From Neophaeotheca triangularis (lineage: Eukaryota): a DNA stretch of 64,000 nucleotides. A model generated the notes under the pieces. The model did not search any database, was not told the DNA's origin, and saw only the letters and a program-made list of their open reading frames with translations. Below are positions 1-11,466 of this stretch, in pieces; position 1 is the first letter of the stretch; every line of letters starts with the position of its first letter. Location of the stretch: contig BAAIJX010000043.1 in NCBI GenBank assembly GCA_054600435.1, forward strand, positions 1 through 64,000, in the 5' to 3' direction. The translations under genes were made by a program, and so were the position numbers.

Positions 1-276
1 CCCCCTCCCCCAGCACTACGCTTGCGCTTGGAACATCGTGCACGTGAATGGTATATGTGGTCGTGTTGGATGCGTATGTATGCTGCTGGAACTATTGCGC
101 GTGGCGGAGCGGGGAACCTTTCCTCCACCTCACTACACCCAAGGTTCTCACTTGGGGGTGGTCGTCGAAGAGGCCAAAGCTTTACCCTACCCCTCCGCAC
201 CGCCGCAATTCTACTACTTCCTTGCCGCATCCGCACCTTCCAACCTTCCTTTCCTTCACGCACTCCAACCAGCACG

Positions 277-3200
277 ATGCCACGCCGCAAGCTCCCGCTC
301 GACAACGACATCGACTATCAAACCGATCTTGCGTACAAAGACGTGTTGATCGGCTTGGCAAACCTGACCATCGACATGGCAAACCTAACCAACAAAACAC
401 GCAGACTCGCCACGCCAGGAAAGAAAACCGGCCTCAGCTCGCGCTCTCAGTCACCCACCAAACCGAACCGCCCCAGTGCCGCACCCAACAACAACAATAA
501 TCAGGCTCCTCAGTCCACGTCATTTGTTCCTCCAGGATCTTCGTTCAGCTTCGGCGGCAACGACGACGCGAATAACCCTTTCGCAATGAGTAGCTCGGCT
601 CCTTCTTTTTCAGGTCAGCAACAGCCTTCGCCACAAGTGAACTTCGGCCAGATCGCAGGATTCAACGCCAACGGTACTGCTTCGCGCTTCGACAACGGCT
701 CTGAGAGACTACCCGAAACGCCCGTCAACTACACTCTTACCTTCGCCCAGCAAAAGGAGATTACCGAAAAGCGACTTGCAGTACAACGCTTGGGAACTCT
801 CAAGAATCCCTACCGCAATCATTCTTCCAGCGATGAGGAACCTGGTGAAAAGCGTAAGCTTGCCGCAGGCCAGTCGTCCGGCAATAGCGAGAGTGTCTTC
901 GCACAAATGCAAAACAACAGCACCAACGGGCCAAGGCCCTCCATCGACTTCCGCAACCCTTCTTCATTTGATCAGTCCCAGCAGAGCGCGCAGAACTCCA
1001 ACAGCGGCTTCGGCGGCTTCGGACAGAATCAGAACCAGTCTCAAGCTAGCAACAGCTTCGGCGGCTTCGGACAGAACCAGAACCAACCTCAAGCCAGCAA
1101 CAGCTTCGGAGGGTCTTTCGGTGGCAACAACAACGGCAGCTTTGGCGGATTCGGACAGAACCAGAACCAAGATCAGAACCAATCGCAAGCTAGCAACAAC
1201 AATGGCGGCTTTAGCGGCTTCGGACACAATCAGAACCAGAACCAAACCCAAGCCAGCAACAGCTTCGGTGGGACTTTTGGCAATAACTCCAACAACTTCG
1301 GCGGCTTTGGGCAGGACCAGGCCAGCAACGGAAACTTCAGCGGCTTTGGACAGAACCAAGCTCAACCAAGCAACGGCTTCGGTGGATCTTTCAACAACGG
1401 CAATCAGAATGCCTCAACGGGCTTCAGCTTCCTCGGAGCAGCTCAGAATCAACAGCAACAGCAACCCAACGCGAACTCAGGATTCGCATTCGGGCAAAAT
1501 GCTACTCAAGAATTTTCGAACAACACATTCGGCGGCGAACAAGGTCAAGGCAACGGGCAGCAACAGCAGCAGGAAGAGGAGCCTGTGAACCCCAATGCGG
1601 GCAAGTCGCTGTTCGATCGCATCACCTATGACCCTCCGAAGTCCAGCCAAGGGTCTAGTCAAGGCTTCGTGCCTTCGAACACAACGACTTCTGCACCACA
1701 GAGCGTCTTCTCTGGCGCCACATCAGCCACCGGCGATGCCTTCGGCGCAGCAGTCTCCACCGCGAACTCGAACAGTTTCATCCCAACATCCACCATCGGC
1801 GGCAACCTTTTCGGTGCGACACCAGTTACTGCGAATACGGGCGGTTTCACTCCACCAGCTCCTATCGGCGGCAACCTTTTCGGCGCCACACCGATCACTG
1901 CAAAACCAAGCGGTTTTGGCCAGCAGCCGACTACCGCAGTTTCCGCCCCCTCGAGTAACGTCTTTGGCGCATCTACCACTCAATCCTCTCCACAAAGCAA
2001 CGTTTTTGGCGGATCATCAGCTCCTACACAGCTCAGTGATTCTGGCAACACATTGTCCAATACCCAGACTGCTCCTGCAAGCAATATGTTCGGCGCTTCA
2101 TCGACCCCAGCAAAGACCAGTGACTCTGGCAACACATCGTCTAATACTCAGGGTGCTCCTGCAAGCAACCCTTTCGGCGCTTCATCGACCCCAGCAAAGA
2201 CCAGTGACTCTGGCAACACATCGTCTAATACTCAGGGTGCTCCTGCAAGCAACCCTTTCGGCGCTTCATCGACGCCAGCAGAGACCAGTGACTCTGGCAG
2301 TACATCATCTAATACTCATGCTGCTCCAAGCAACTTTTTCGGCGCACCTTCGACGTCTGCAAAGACCAGTGATTCTGGCAACACGAGCTCTACTACTCAG
2401 GCTAGCAATATATTCGGCGCACCAGCGACCGCAAAGACCAGTGATTCTGGCAACACGAGCTCTACTACTCAGGCTAGCAATATATTCGGCGCATCAGCGA
2501 CCGCAAAGACCAGTGATTCTGGCAACTCCTCCACTACTACTACCCAATCCGACCCTTCACGCAACATGCTCGGCGCATCGACAGCCTTTAAGACCAGCGA
2601 TTCTGGCAAGGCCCCAGCGACCTCAGATACATCTTCTACTACCTCGCAAACAAAGGACTTTGCGACAAAAGTACCTCAGCAAGCTGCATCGACAGCACCG
2701 CCATCAGAAGCAAGCAGACCGAAGTCTCCTCAGCCTGCAGCGACCAACGCGCTTGTCCCCACCACAGCTGCCAATCACCCTCCTCATTCCAACGGTCTCA
2801 TGACATTGCAACAGTTCAACGATGGCTTTGTGGACCACATTAAGACGCTGGATCGATCGAACGACTTCTCAGCACTGATGCTCTGGTACTTGCAGCAAGT
2901 TGGTCGCGTGAAGAGTGGCGCCATGCCAGGTTTCCCCAGCGCGGACTCCTCAACCTCAGCAACAGGTGGCACTGAACAGGGACCTCCTTCTGCAAACGAA
3001 AGCAACTCGCACCCTTCGCCCGCGCCTCCGTCCAACGGCTCATCTGGTGCGCAGACACCGAACACGAGTGCCTCCAAGCCAGCATCCGACTCCGAGTCGA
3101 GAGACACTGCGCCGTCACAGAATATGTTCGGCGCGCAGACCCCAGCACCGCCAAAGACAACCAACTTCTTCAGCGCGCAACCACAGCAAGCACCGGCTAC

Positions 3201-5529
3201 CGCGCCAGTGTCGACGAAACGACCTGCAGACGATCAGATTACCAAGGACGGCGCCAATGCCGGCACTGACAGCACGGACAAGAGGTCCAAGCTTCAGAGC
3301 TTCCTGAGCAGCTCTGATCCGGCTACGACACAAGGATCGGCCACTTCGCAGGCACAGACTCCCACCTCTGCGTCCAGCAACATCTTCGGCGCGCAAGCCA
3401 GTCAGCAGACTCCGGCTTCGCCAAGCAACATCTTCGGTGCGCAGTCCAAGCAGCAAGCCCCAGCTTCATCCAGCAACATGTTTGGCGGGCAGACCCAGCA
3501 GAAGACTCCAGCCTCGTCCAGCAATACGTTCGGCTCTCAGACTCAGCAACAGACTCCGGCCCCGCCCAGCAATACGTTCGGCTCGCAGACTCAGCAACAG
3601 ACTCCGGCCCCGCCCAGCAATACGTTCGGCTCGCAGACTCAGCAGCAGACTCCAGCCCCGCCCAGCAATACGTTCGGCTCGCAGGCTCAGCAGCAGACTC
3701 CGGCCCCGCTCAGCAATACGTTCGGCTCGCAGGCTCAGCAGCAGACTCCGGCCCCGCTCAGCAATACGTTCGGCTCGCAGACTCAGCAACAGACACCAGC
3801 CCTGTCTAGCAATACATTCGGTGCACAGTCCCCGCAGCAGCCCCCATCAAATTTCGGACGACAGTCACAGCAGCCATCAGCGACCGCTTTCGGGTCAAAG
3901 AAACGCTCCGCAGACGAGCCTATCACTCGCGAAAAGCCAGCTGGCAGCCCCGCTAGCGACAAACGCCAACGTTCAGACGGCGCTGGTGCCCTTCCCAAGC
4001 CTTCTTCCGGCTCACAGCTATCAAAGCTCAATTTCAAGAGGTCCTATAAGCCGGTTAAGAAGAGCCCTCTCTCAGAGAGTATGATCGCAGGCGCAGATTC
4101 GCCCTCAACAGGCGACGACGCCCACTCCGTCATGATGAGATCCAGGGACGAGTACAAGAACCTCAGTTTCAAGGAGTTCACGGACGAAGATAGTACACTT
4201 ACGTACGACGAATACAACGTCGCACTCGCGTCCGTCGCGCAGTTAATAAGCTCGAAAAAGCAAACTGCATATACCCTTGCCGCGCAAAAGCAAGGTCTCA
4301 ACCAGGTCATGTGGAACATGATCCTCAACGTCGGGGCTCTTAGGGAGGGCCTCGACGAAGAGGCTGATAAGGAAGCATTTGAGGCCAAACAGAAGCGCAA
4401 GGCCAAGAGAGCCTCAGAAGTTCGCGCCAAAGCTGAGGCCAAGCTCGAAAGACGAGCAGATGGCGAGTCGAGCGAGGGGGAGTCGAGCTCAGAGGAGTTG
4501 AGCTCAGAGGAGGAAGAAGAGAGCTCCGAGGAGAGCAGCGGGGATGACAACCCGCGCGACAACCCGGACGACGACGATGACGATGGAGACGAAGACGGCG
4601 ACAACGAGGAAGAACAGCCGCTGGACGAGACCGATCTGGGAACCTCGCCGAAGTGGACCTTCGAGTGGAAGCCGGGTCAAAGGCCCTCATCAGGGGGTTC
4701 CCCTGCGACTGCTGCGTCTGGGGGCGTCAAGTCCAGTGGGTTCGTGCCATCCGCTTCCTCCTCCCAGGCCAAGGGGCAGGAGAAGCCCAAGTCCACCACG
4801 CCGCCCGGCTCGCCTGCCAAGCCCTCCGAGCCCGCTGCCGCCGCTCCGAGCAACTTGTTCGGCGCCAAGCCTGCTGCGACTACGGCCTTCGGCGGTTCAG
4901 CCTTCGGCGGCTCGTCCTTCGGCGGCTCGTCCTTCGGCCGCTCGTCCTTCGGGGGTTCGGCTTTCGGGACTCTCACCGGTGGTTTCGGAAGTGCCTCGTC
5001 TGGAGGGTTTTCGTTCGCGTCCGCTCCTGCCGCCTCCGCCGCGCCTGCTGCCAGCGTGGAGGAGACTGGGGAAGAGGCAGGGGATGGAGATGGCGACTCC
5101 GCCCCTGCCGAACCCCAGCAAGAGGACGTCACGGCGCTTCTGGACTCGGAGAGGGAAGGCAACGACGTGGTTCTCCACGTCGACCTTGCAAAGGCGAGCA
5201 AGTCGCTGCCGAAGGAGTCGGGGGCTGGCTTTGCCTGGGTTGGAGTGGGGAAGGGTCCCCTTTGGGTCTTGAGGAGCAAGACCACTGGACAACGCCGTGT
5301 TGTCATGAAGGCCGCGCCCTTGGGCAAGGTCGTCATGAACTTCGCGGCGTTGTCCGGGGCCGAGTACCTGGTCGGGGGTGCCGGCGGCAAGGGGGTTCGG
5401 GGGCCCTTTGTCGACCACCTCGATGCAAAGAGGGCGACCGGGAAACCGGTCCCCTTCTTCATCCAGTGCAGGAGCGAGGCGGATGCGAAGAGCATCGCTG
5501 ACGCCCTGCAGGGGGCTGGCTCGCAGTAG
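277..5529 (+). CDS. FG-repeat nucleoporin with C-terminal Ran-binding (RanBD1-like) domain, Nup2/Nup152-like
   Basis: First true ATG of the long ORF is at 277. Many FG/FGG/SNxFG repeats, N/Q-rich FGGFGQNQNQ block, short central helical segment (LQQFNDGFVDHIKTLDRSNDFSALMLWY), acidic tract, and C-terminal GKGPLWVLRSKTTGQRRVVMKA..GKVVMNF typical of RanBD. A weak-donor 72-nt in-frame intron at 333-404 is possible. Confidence 0.85.
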   Translation: MPRRKLPLDNDIDYQTDLAYKDVLIGLANLTIDMANLTNKTRRLATPGKKTGLSSRSQSPTKPNRPSAAPNNNNNQAPQSTSFVPPGSSFSFGGNDDANNPFAMSSSAPSFSGQQQPSPQVNFGQIAGFNANGTASRFDNGSERLPETPVNYTLTFAQQKEITEKRLAVQRLGTLKNPYRNHSSSDEEPGEKRKLAAGQSSGNSESVFAQMQNNSTNGPRPSIDFRNPSSFDQSQQSAQNSNSGFGGFGQNQNQSQASNSFGGFGQNQNQPQASNSFGGSFGGNNNGSFGGFGQNQNQDQNQSQASNNNGGFSGFGHNQNQNQTQASNSFGGTFGNNSNNFGGFGQDQASNGNFSGFGQNQAQPSNGFGGSFNNGNQNASTGFSFLGAAQNQQQQQPNANSGFAFGQNATQEFSNNTFGGEQGQGNGQQQQQEEEPVNPNAGKSLFDRITYDPPKSSQGSSQGFVPSNTTTSAPQSVFSGATSATGDAFGAAVSTANSNSFIPTSTIGGNLFGATPVTANTGGFTPPAPIGGNLFGATPITAKPSGFGQQPTTAVSAPSSNVFGASTTQSSPQSNVFGGSSAPTQLSDSGNTLSNTQTAPASNMFGASSTPAKTSDSGNTSSNTQGAPASNPFGASSTPAKTSDSGNTSSNTQGAPASNPFGASSTPAETSDSGSTSSNTHAAPSNFFGAPSTSAKTSDSGNTSSTTQASNIFGAPATAKTSDSGNTSSTTQASNIFGASATAKTSDSGNSSTTTTQSDPSRNMLGASTAFKTSDSGKAPATSDTSSTTSQTKDFATKVPQQAASTAPPSEASRPKSPQPAATNALVPTTAANHPPHSNGLMTLQQFNDGFVDHIKTLDRSNDFSALMLWYLQQVGRVKSGAMPGFPSADSSTSATGGTEQGPPSANESNSHPSPAPPSNGSSGAQTPNTSASKPASDSESRDTAPSQNMFGAQTPAPPKTTNFFSAQPQQAPATAPVSTKRPADDQITKDGANAGTDSTDKRSKLQSFLSSSDPATTQGSATSQAQTPTSASSNIFGAQASQQTPASPSNIFGAQSKQQAPASSSNMFGGQTQQKTPASSSNTFGSQTQQQTPAPPSNTFGSQTQQQTPAPPSNTFGSQTQQQTPAPPSNTFGSQAQQQTPAPLSNTFGSQAQQQTPAPLSNTFGSQTQQQTPALSSNTFGAQSPQQPPSNFGRQSQQPSATAFGSKKRSADEPITREKPAGSPASDKRQRSDGAGALPKPSSGSQLSKLNFKRSYKPVKKSPLSESMIAGADSPSTGDDAHSVMMRSRDEYKNLSFKEFTDEDSTLTYDEYNVALASVAQLISSKKQTAYTLAAQKQGLNQVMWNMILNVGALREGLDEEADKEAFEAKQKRKAKRASEVRAKAEAKLERRADGESSEGESSSEELSSEEEEESSEESSGDDNPRDNPDDDDDDGDEDGDNEEEQPLDETDLGTSPKWTFEWKPGQRPSSGGSPATAASGGVKSSGFVPSASSSQAKGQEKPKSTTPPGSPAKPSEPAAAAPSNLFGAKPAATTAFGGSAFGGSSFGGSSFGRSSFGGSAFGTLTGGFGSASSGGFSFASAPAASAAPAASVEETGEEAGDGDGDSAPAEPQQEDVTALLDSEREGNDVVLHVDLAKASKSLPKESGAGFAWVGVGKGPLWVLRSKTTGQRRVVMKAAPLGKVVMNFAALSGAEYLVGGAGGKGVRGPFVDHLDAKRATGKPVPFFIQCRSEADAKSIADALQGAGSQ
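2071..2610 (+). repeat. Coding tandem repeat (TSDSGN/SNxFG units) in the nucleoporin
   Basis: 84-nt units start at 2071, 2155 and 2239 (APASNPFGASSTPAKTSDSGNTSSNTQG). They are followed by 72-nt units starting at 2359, 2431 and 2503. Confidence 0.9.
3376..3830 (+). repeat. 48-nt coding tandem repeat (SNTFGSQTQQQTPAPP) in the nucleoporin
   Basis: AGCAA(T/C)A unit starts at 3376, 3424, 3472, 3520, 3568, 3616, 3664, 3712, 3760 and 3808. The six units from 3520 to 3807 are nearly identical. Confidence 0.95.
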
Positions 5530-6349
5530 GCGAGCGGTCCTTGTGGTGCGACGGGGTGTGCGGGAGGAGGAGGAGGACGAGGGGGGAGATGGGTTTTTTG
5601 CGTTGGTTTCTGTGCTGCGCGAGGGGTGACGGCGCTTTGGCGCGACCCACAGGGGGCGGTTGGTGGAGGTTGAGCGCGAACCGGCAGGGATTTTTCCACT
5701 AACTTCTCTCCTTGGGGAGACACAGTTCTACGGGGTTGCACTGACGGATACACTCCCTTCGTTTATAATGGGGGAGTTGTCTCGACGTGTCGGTGCGAAA
5801 GTCGACTACCTTAAGGCTTATAGCCGGGCTTATAGCCGGGGTAGTTTGGCGATTAGTGCTGTCGTATGGGCGTCTCCGATGATAATTAGAGGCGTACCGC
5901 GTAACCTTTACGTAGACTGTGCCCCTTGGTACTTGAAGTGGTGGGGTTTGAACTGTCGGGGGTCGCTACGTTGTTTTTAGAATAGGCGAGAGAAAAGCAT
6001 TTTTGCACCAATTGTCGGGCCGAGTGTTCGTCTCATTATGACTATGATCTGTTGTGGTAAACTACCTCCTGTGCCCACTGACCGCCTTGCGCATCGCCTG
6101 TCAACACGCTGTAGTCCTCTAATCGTCAACTCCGCTAACCATACCCGCCAGCCGCCAGCCGCCTCGCAAGACCACTTGTGTCGCTTGTTCTACATACGAG
6201 TGGAGAGATATGGCTGGAAGTAATGACAGCTTCGCTATGTACGCTCGAGTTCGACATTCCGGCCGCGCTGCTAGACTAAAAAGAACCCGTAAACAAGAGG
6301 CACTGTAATTTAGTGATGCCGTCCGATGCTAGATAGCTTGACTTCGAAA

Positions 6350-7596
6350 CTATCTTGCGGTCCGGAGTAACCAGCTTGTCCATTCTTCCTCTCCCAAGAT
6401 CGCACGAGCGCGAGCCTCCAGCCACTCTGTGTTTCCCCAAAAGCCTAGATCACGCAACGATTAGTTTCGAATCAGGCCCTATAGCCCAAAAACTCTGAAT
6501 ACTCACCCCAACTCGCTTGAAACCTTAACCAATCTATAAGCGCAGTATTCCAGTGCAAGACGAGAAGCTGCCAAGGATAAGCAAGGCCAGAAACCTCTTC
6601 CAAGCTCCTGTGGTATTGCCTTAACAGAGCCTCTTCGCCCTCGTCCATTTGCAGCTTTTCATCGCTGCTCGATCCCAGATCAGCGGCGGTCAACGACGTC
6701 TGCAATACCGAGCAAGTCATAAATTTCGCCAGATCGCTCACCCCTAAGCCAATGCCTACGTACTGGAAGTCGAAAAAGGCAACCCTGTCGTGTGCAGCAG
6801 TCGTGAAGAGGTTCTCGGACTTGACGTCGCCGTGGATTAACGTCTGGTAGGGCGAGGTCTCCTCGAGCTTCTGTGCGGGGGATAGAATGTAGGCCACGAG
6901 CTCTGCTATACTTTTGCCTGATGGCGAGTATGGCCGGCAGAGCTTTTGCGACCATTCAGAGTCTGCGTCTGCTTGGAGGGAGGCATACTCATTCTGGCGG
7001 GTGGCGAGGTAGGAATACCCGCCATTGAGCCAGACGCTTCCTGCTGTGGCTCCGTCGTTTCTCGATTTGCGAGCTTCCTCGAGCGGAGGTAATCGCAGCG
7101 TCGAGTTATCCAATGAGTCCCTTCGCTTCCACCAAAATCCGTGAAAGCGTGCCAGCCAGTCCAGAGCGGCATGTGCTTGTTTGTCGCTCAGCTCTGTCCG
7201 TTTCTCTCCAGCGACAGGGAAAGCCTCACGCAGATCCATCAACATCATTGACATGGTGGTCTGGCCGCCAAAACGATGGGTCGAAGTTCCTAAGCATCGC
7301 GAGACCCCAATATCTTCAGGCATCACTGCTGCCAGCTCGGAGTAGAAGTGTTGCTCGACCTCGTATGAAATGAGTTTCCGCAAGTACCCTTCATCTTGTC
7401 GACTTTTAGCTGGCGGCGTGACGCACTTCATTATCAGGGGTATAATTGTGCCATTGCCGTTGGCTAGAATCTCTGAGATGGTTCCATAGCCGGCCCAAAG
7501 ATTTTGCGCGACTTTGCAGGATGTCTCAATGGCGCGTAGACCTTTTGGCTCGAGTATACCATTCGCGATCTTCAGCAGATCTTCGGTCTGATGCAT
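6350..7596 (-). CDS. APH/choline-kinase-like (EcKinase-like) phosphotransferase
   Basis: Brenner-type HGDVKSEN and DFQYVG motifs. Likely ATG at 7596 (MHQTEDLL). Intron 6445-6506 (GTGAGT...CTAAT...TAG) gives the C-terminus WGFWGNTEWLEARARAILGEEEWTSWLLRTAR*. Confidence 0.8.
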
Positions 7597-8976
7597 AGCA
7601 GTGACAAGAAGGTCTTGAAGTGTCGAGGTGATAGTAACGACGCTGTCCGGCAAACTCCCAAGCAATCGAGGCCATTCAATTCACCCCACATCAAACCCCA
7701 CGACAATCACCACCACCACCACAACTCCCTCCGTACTACCTAAGCATGCAATGCTGTACCTTCACTCACATCTCCTCAACACCATCGGAATGGACTGCTC
7801 TCTTTTGCAAGGCCGGCTTCCTATACTCCGAGAAGAACTTCAAAGGGGTAGATGCATAGAGAGTGCGCAGGGCCTCGAGAGGGATATCCACCGCCAGGTG
7901 ACAAGGTATGGACTCACCGGACCAGTATCAGAGGATCAATGGTGTCAGCGGGTCTTTATCTAAGTGTTGTTCTCGCCTTCTCCTACGTGCCGACGAGTAC
8001 GGATTCAGATAATCGTTTCCGGACGATTGCTGCGTGAAATACAGTATTTCGGCGAGCGTCTCGCAGTGGTAGGTGCCTTCCATACCGAGCATAAGAGGAT
8101 TAAAAAGGCGGTTAGGAGGTGGTTTGGTGGTGTCGGTCGGCCTATCAAGTATTTTGGGGCGGAGATGGCTCTGTAGAAGAGCAAGTTCGTCTCTGAAGAC
8201 ATGGATTCTGACGACCAGGACACCAATGAGATCTGACCATAGTACGAATAGTCTTGTAGTGACAGAAGTAACAGAACACTTTCACACCCAGCGATATCAT
8301 CATGTGACCCATCCACCAACTGATTCCCTTAACAGCGACCCAATTCCCTATTCGCGCCAGAGGGTATCTTTTGGCGGCGTGTCGATGGAAATCAAGACAA
8401 GTAAAATTGGCAAACCAACATACCTCACTCAACAATCGGCTCGCCTCTCTTATCTGTCCGCCACCATTGAGTGTCCTAACCACCTGCTCCGCGAAACACA
8501 TCGGCTGACCACCGCCGCAGTGTCTCGATTCTATCTCTTATCTGCGATCAAGCCACCACAATCTTTCTTAACCAGTGGTTACGCTCAACACCTGTCAACA
8601 GCAGTCTTTCATCAAGCATCACTCCTACTACCGGACGACCGCAGGCTCTCACCTCGCCAATCTCAGGGGAAACTTATCCGCCGACCGAGCTTATAAACAA
8701 ACCGAGGATGAGACCAAGGATATGGGGGACGGTGAAGAGGCTAGGGGTGGGGCCGGGGATCTGGGCGACAGTGGAGAGAGCAACGAAGACCAGGAAGATA
8801 AGGGGTACGGTGGGCCAGGGCCTTTCGTGCCGCTTAGCAAGGCGAGGTGCAAGACAATCTTGACAATAAATGGTGTGCTCGCCAAACTCGACCTCGAGCA
8901 AAAATGACACCAGACGCCGCGCTAGCCAAAGGGTATCTGTAACAGAAGCAACAGAAGAAACGATGTCCACCCAATC

Positions 8977-11466
8977 TCAAAGTTCGTCCTCTACTCGGTG
9001 TCCGTAGACACTCACAAGCCTCACATCCGCCCATGTCTTGCCATCCTTACCTAGAGCTGCGGCCCATGCTTGTTGCCTTGCTGAGAATCTCTCTTCGTCG
9101 AAGTCTGGCTGATTTTGTCTCGGTGTTGTTTTCTGTAGCGAAACCGTTGGACTATCGTTGGAAAGAGGTGCTGGCATCGTCGCACTTGGTAGAGCCGCAG
9201 GTACAAAGTCGTCCTCTTTAGATACGTTCGGGACCTAGAGAGAATCAGTACGTAGAACAAAGCCGGTTCATCTATCCGAGGATGTCGGCACGGACCTGCG
9301 TTGTAGCGTGGTCTCGCGCCCCATATTCGAAGCTCTCCATTTCTACGTTGCGCGTACGACACACGACCGGGGACGGGGTATCGGAGTTGATCACAATCAC
9401 CTCCCGGTCCGACTGCGGGATCGTTTGCCTTTGTTGCCGCTCCCTGTCGGATGGCTGCTGTCTCCAGCCAGCCAACGGGTTGGATATCGGTTGCGAAGCG
9501 GGGACGGCCAATTGCTCCATCGGGGGCGGCGACGGGTGGTTTTGTCCTTCCGCAAAGGGCTCCCGAGATGCGAAGTTTACTTCAGATACATGTGGGCGAT
9601 GGCTCTCAGTTGGGCCGATCATTGGATCCTGCCGGACAGGACCATCCGCCTCGGCACTGCTCCCATGATCTTGTAAAGGCTCGTGGTGCGAAGTTCGGCG
9701 TTTTTTCTTATGCCGGCCTTCACCCTCTTCATCGGATGCATCAGACGGTGAGCTCGACCTCGACCTTTGTGCCTGCGCGGGCTTTGCATTGTATCTATGT
9801 AGCATCATTTGATCATGAGTAAAGCTCTGGTTCGATCCGTAGATGTCTGCAAACAAGAACTCCATGGAAGCTGCAGGTGTCCAATTGGCGCCGTCGACTG
9901 TGCACGGGTGGATGTTCTTGGGCTTAAAAGCATCCACCAAATGACACAGCTCGCTGTAAGAGGCATGACGCGAATAGGGAAAAGTCTGTCAAACAGTCAG
10001 AAAACGGACATGTACAGCAATGGGGAGTTGCTTACAACCTGCTGAGGCAGGCCATCAGCTCGTTGGGGTAATTGAGCTTTCGATTGCACTGCCTTGTTGT
10101 CTTGCTTCTTCTCGGCCATTTCTTTCGTTTTGGAGGCAACATTCAGAAGGGCAGGCAAGAGCTTGTCAATCGATAGGTCCTCCAGCTCATCCTGTTGAAT
10201 ATGATGATCGGGCTCATTCGCAGCGTTGGCTGTATCCCGTGGAGCGAAGAGCGAAGCGTCGAGCTGAAGAGCATGTCGTTGCCCGCTGACTGCAGACATC
10301 AGAAGTTGCATAACGTCCTTGTACTCGGGGTGCGCATGCATCTCAGCCGCACAAAGTGTAAGTAGCTGAGTAACGAGCATGGGATCCCAAGTCTCGAGTT
10401 CGTGCTTTTGGTTAAGATCGCCTTGCCCGCCACCGGCACCAAGCTCAGCCATGTCCATACCGTTGTGACGAGAGATTATAGGCGTGATGCGGACGAAATC
10501 TAGGGTTGAAGAGTTGTCAGTGGAATCTCGCGACAAGACAGCCCGCGAGTGCTTACCCTTCTTGAAGACCGGACAGCCTGTGCCCTTTTCGCAGCTATGT
10601 ATCCGAGCCTGCTTGTCCGTCAAATAGCCAGGGATGAAATGGTTGCCACAGTGATACCCTATCATCTTGACAGTCTCAGGAGCCTTTGGCTCAGAGCCGT
10701 TGAAAAGTGCCCTGTACAATCCCAGTCGATAGTCATCGACGTGTATCGGAGAGCGAAGGAAGGTGGCTAAAGCCTGCCACACATCCTCGTAACCAAATGT
10801 CCACGAGTCAACGTAGAAGATAGTGTCGGCCGGATACTGCGATACTTTCTCCAGCAACTCTGTGATGCCGTCCGCTTTGGAGGGGAAGTCGCGGTAAGGG
10901 TCGGCTTTGGTTGCGAAAGTTGTATCAAGGTATACATTGTCTAGCCTTCGAAGAGGTGTGCGACCGGGAGAGAAGACGTATGGAATAAAAATTGGATTCC
11001 TCGTGATTGCGTTGACCCACCATGCCTCTGAGCGGATATCGCCCGTGTAGAGTATTGCGTTGTGTTCGTCTTCGATCAGAAACATCACAGCACCAACGCA
11101 GTGGTTTGCATCGAACAGTGTGACACGTATCGATCTGCCGGGCGACAGCTCAAGCGTGGTTGGAGTCTCGAGCGGGATCGGTTTCAGCAACTTCTTCAAA
11201 TGCCGGTAGGTCTGCTTTCTCGTCTCGAGTATGCCCTTGGCAAAATTCATGCGATGGGGAAACTTCTCCAAGCGCAACAAGATCTCGCGTGTCGCCGGAG
11301 AGCAGTAGATCAGAGGCGACTTGCATGATTCCAGACCAGTAAGATGATCCGAATGTACGTGGCTGAGGAAGTAGGCAAGCGGGGGCCGTCCACCTGGACC
11401 GCCTGGACGGAAGAAGTCAACTCTGATGTCGGGAAATTCCCCGACCACGCCGTCGAAGGTCGACAT
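8977..11466 (-). CDS. Artemis/SNM1 (DCLRE1C-like) metallo-beta-lactamase beta-CASP nuclease
   Basis: Motifs SHVHSDH, DANHCVGAVMF, YTGDIR, LDTT and, after splicing, TFPYSRHASYSEL. Introns 10500-10556, 9986-10035 and 9235-9295 join ORFs 9997-11481, 9272-9940 and 8977-9177 in frame. Confidence 0.88.

Noticed and set aside
22..276. N-terminal extension of the 1835-aa ORF
   Set aside because: The ORF start at 22 is a non-ATG codon and the region reads like promoter or 5' UTR sequence. ATG 277 is preferred, although upstream in-frame ATGs exist.
3520..3807. Regularly spaced repeats superficially like a CRISPR array
   Set aside because: There are no unique spacers, the 48-nt units are in-frame coding repeats, the context is eukaryotic, and there are no cas genes.
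4677..5753. Long antisense and alternate-frame ORFs over the nucleoporin, and similar ones over Kin4, DUS3, CCC2 and SFP1
   Set aside because: These are shadow ORFs expected from GC-rich, repetitive coding sequence.
7751..8907. Small plus-strand ORFs (7751-7963, 7964-8176, 8073-8696, 8575-8907) that might form one or two spliced genes
   Set aside because: I could not find phase-compatible splice sites with a good branch point or any recognisable motif. They may be lineage-specific genes but cannot be supported.
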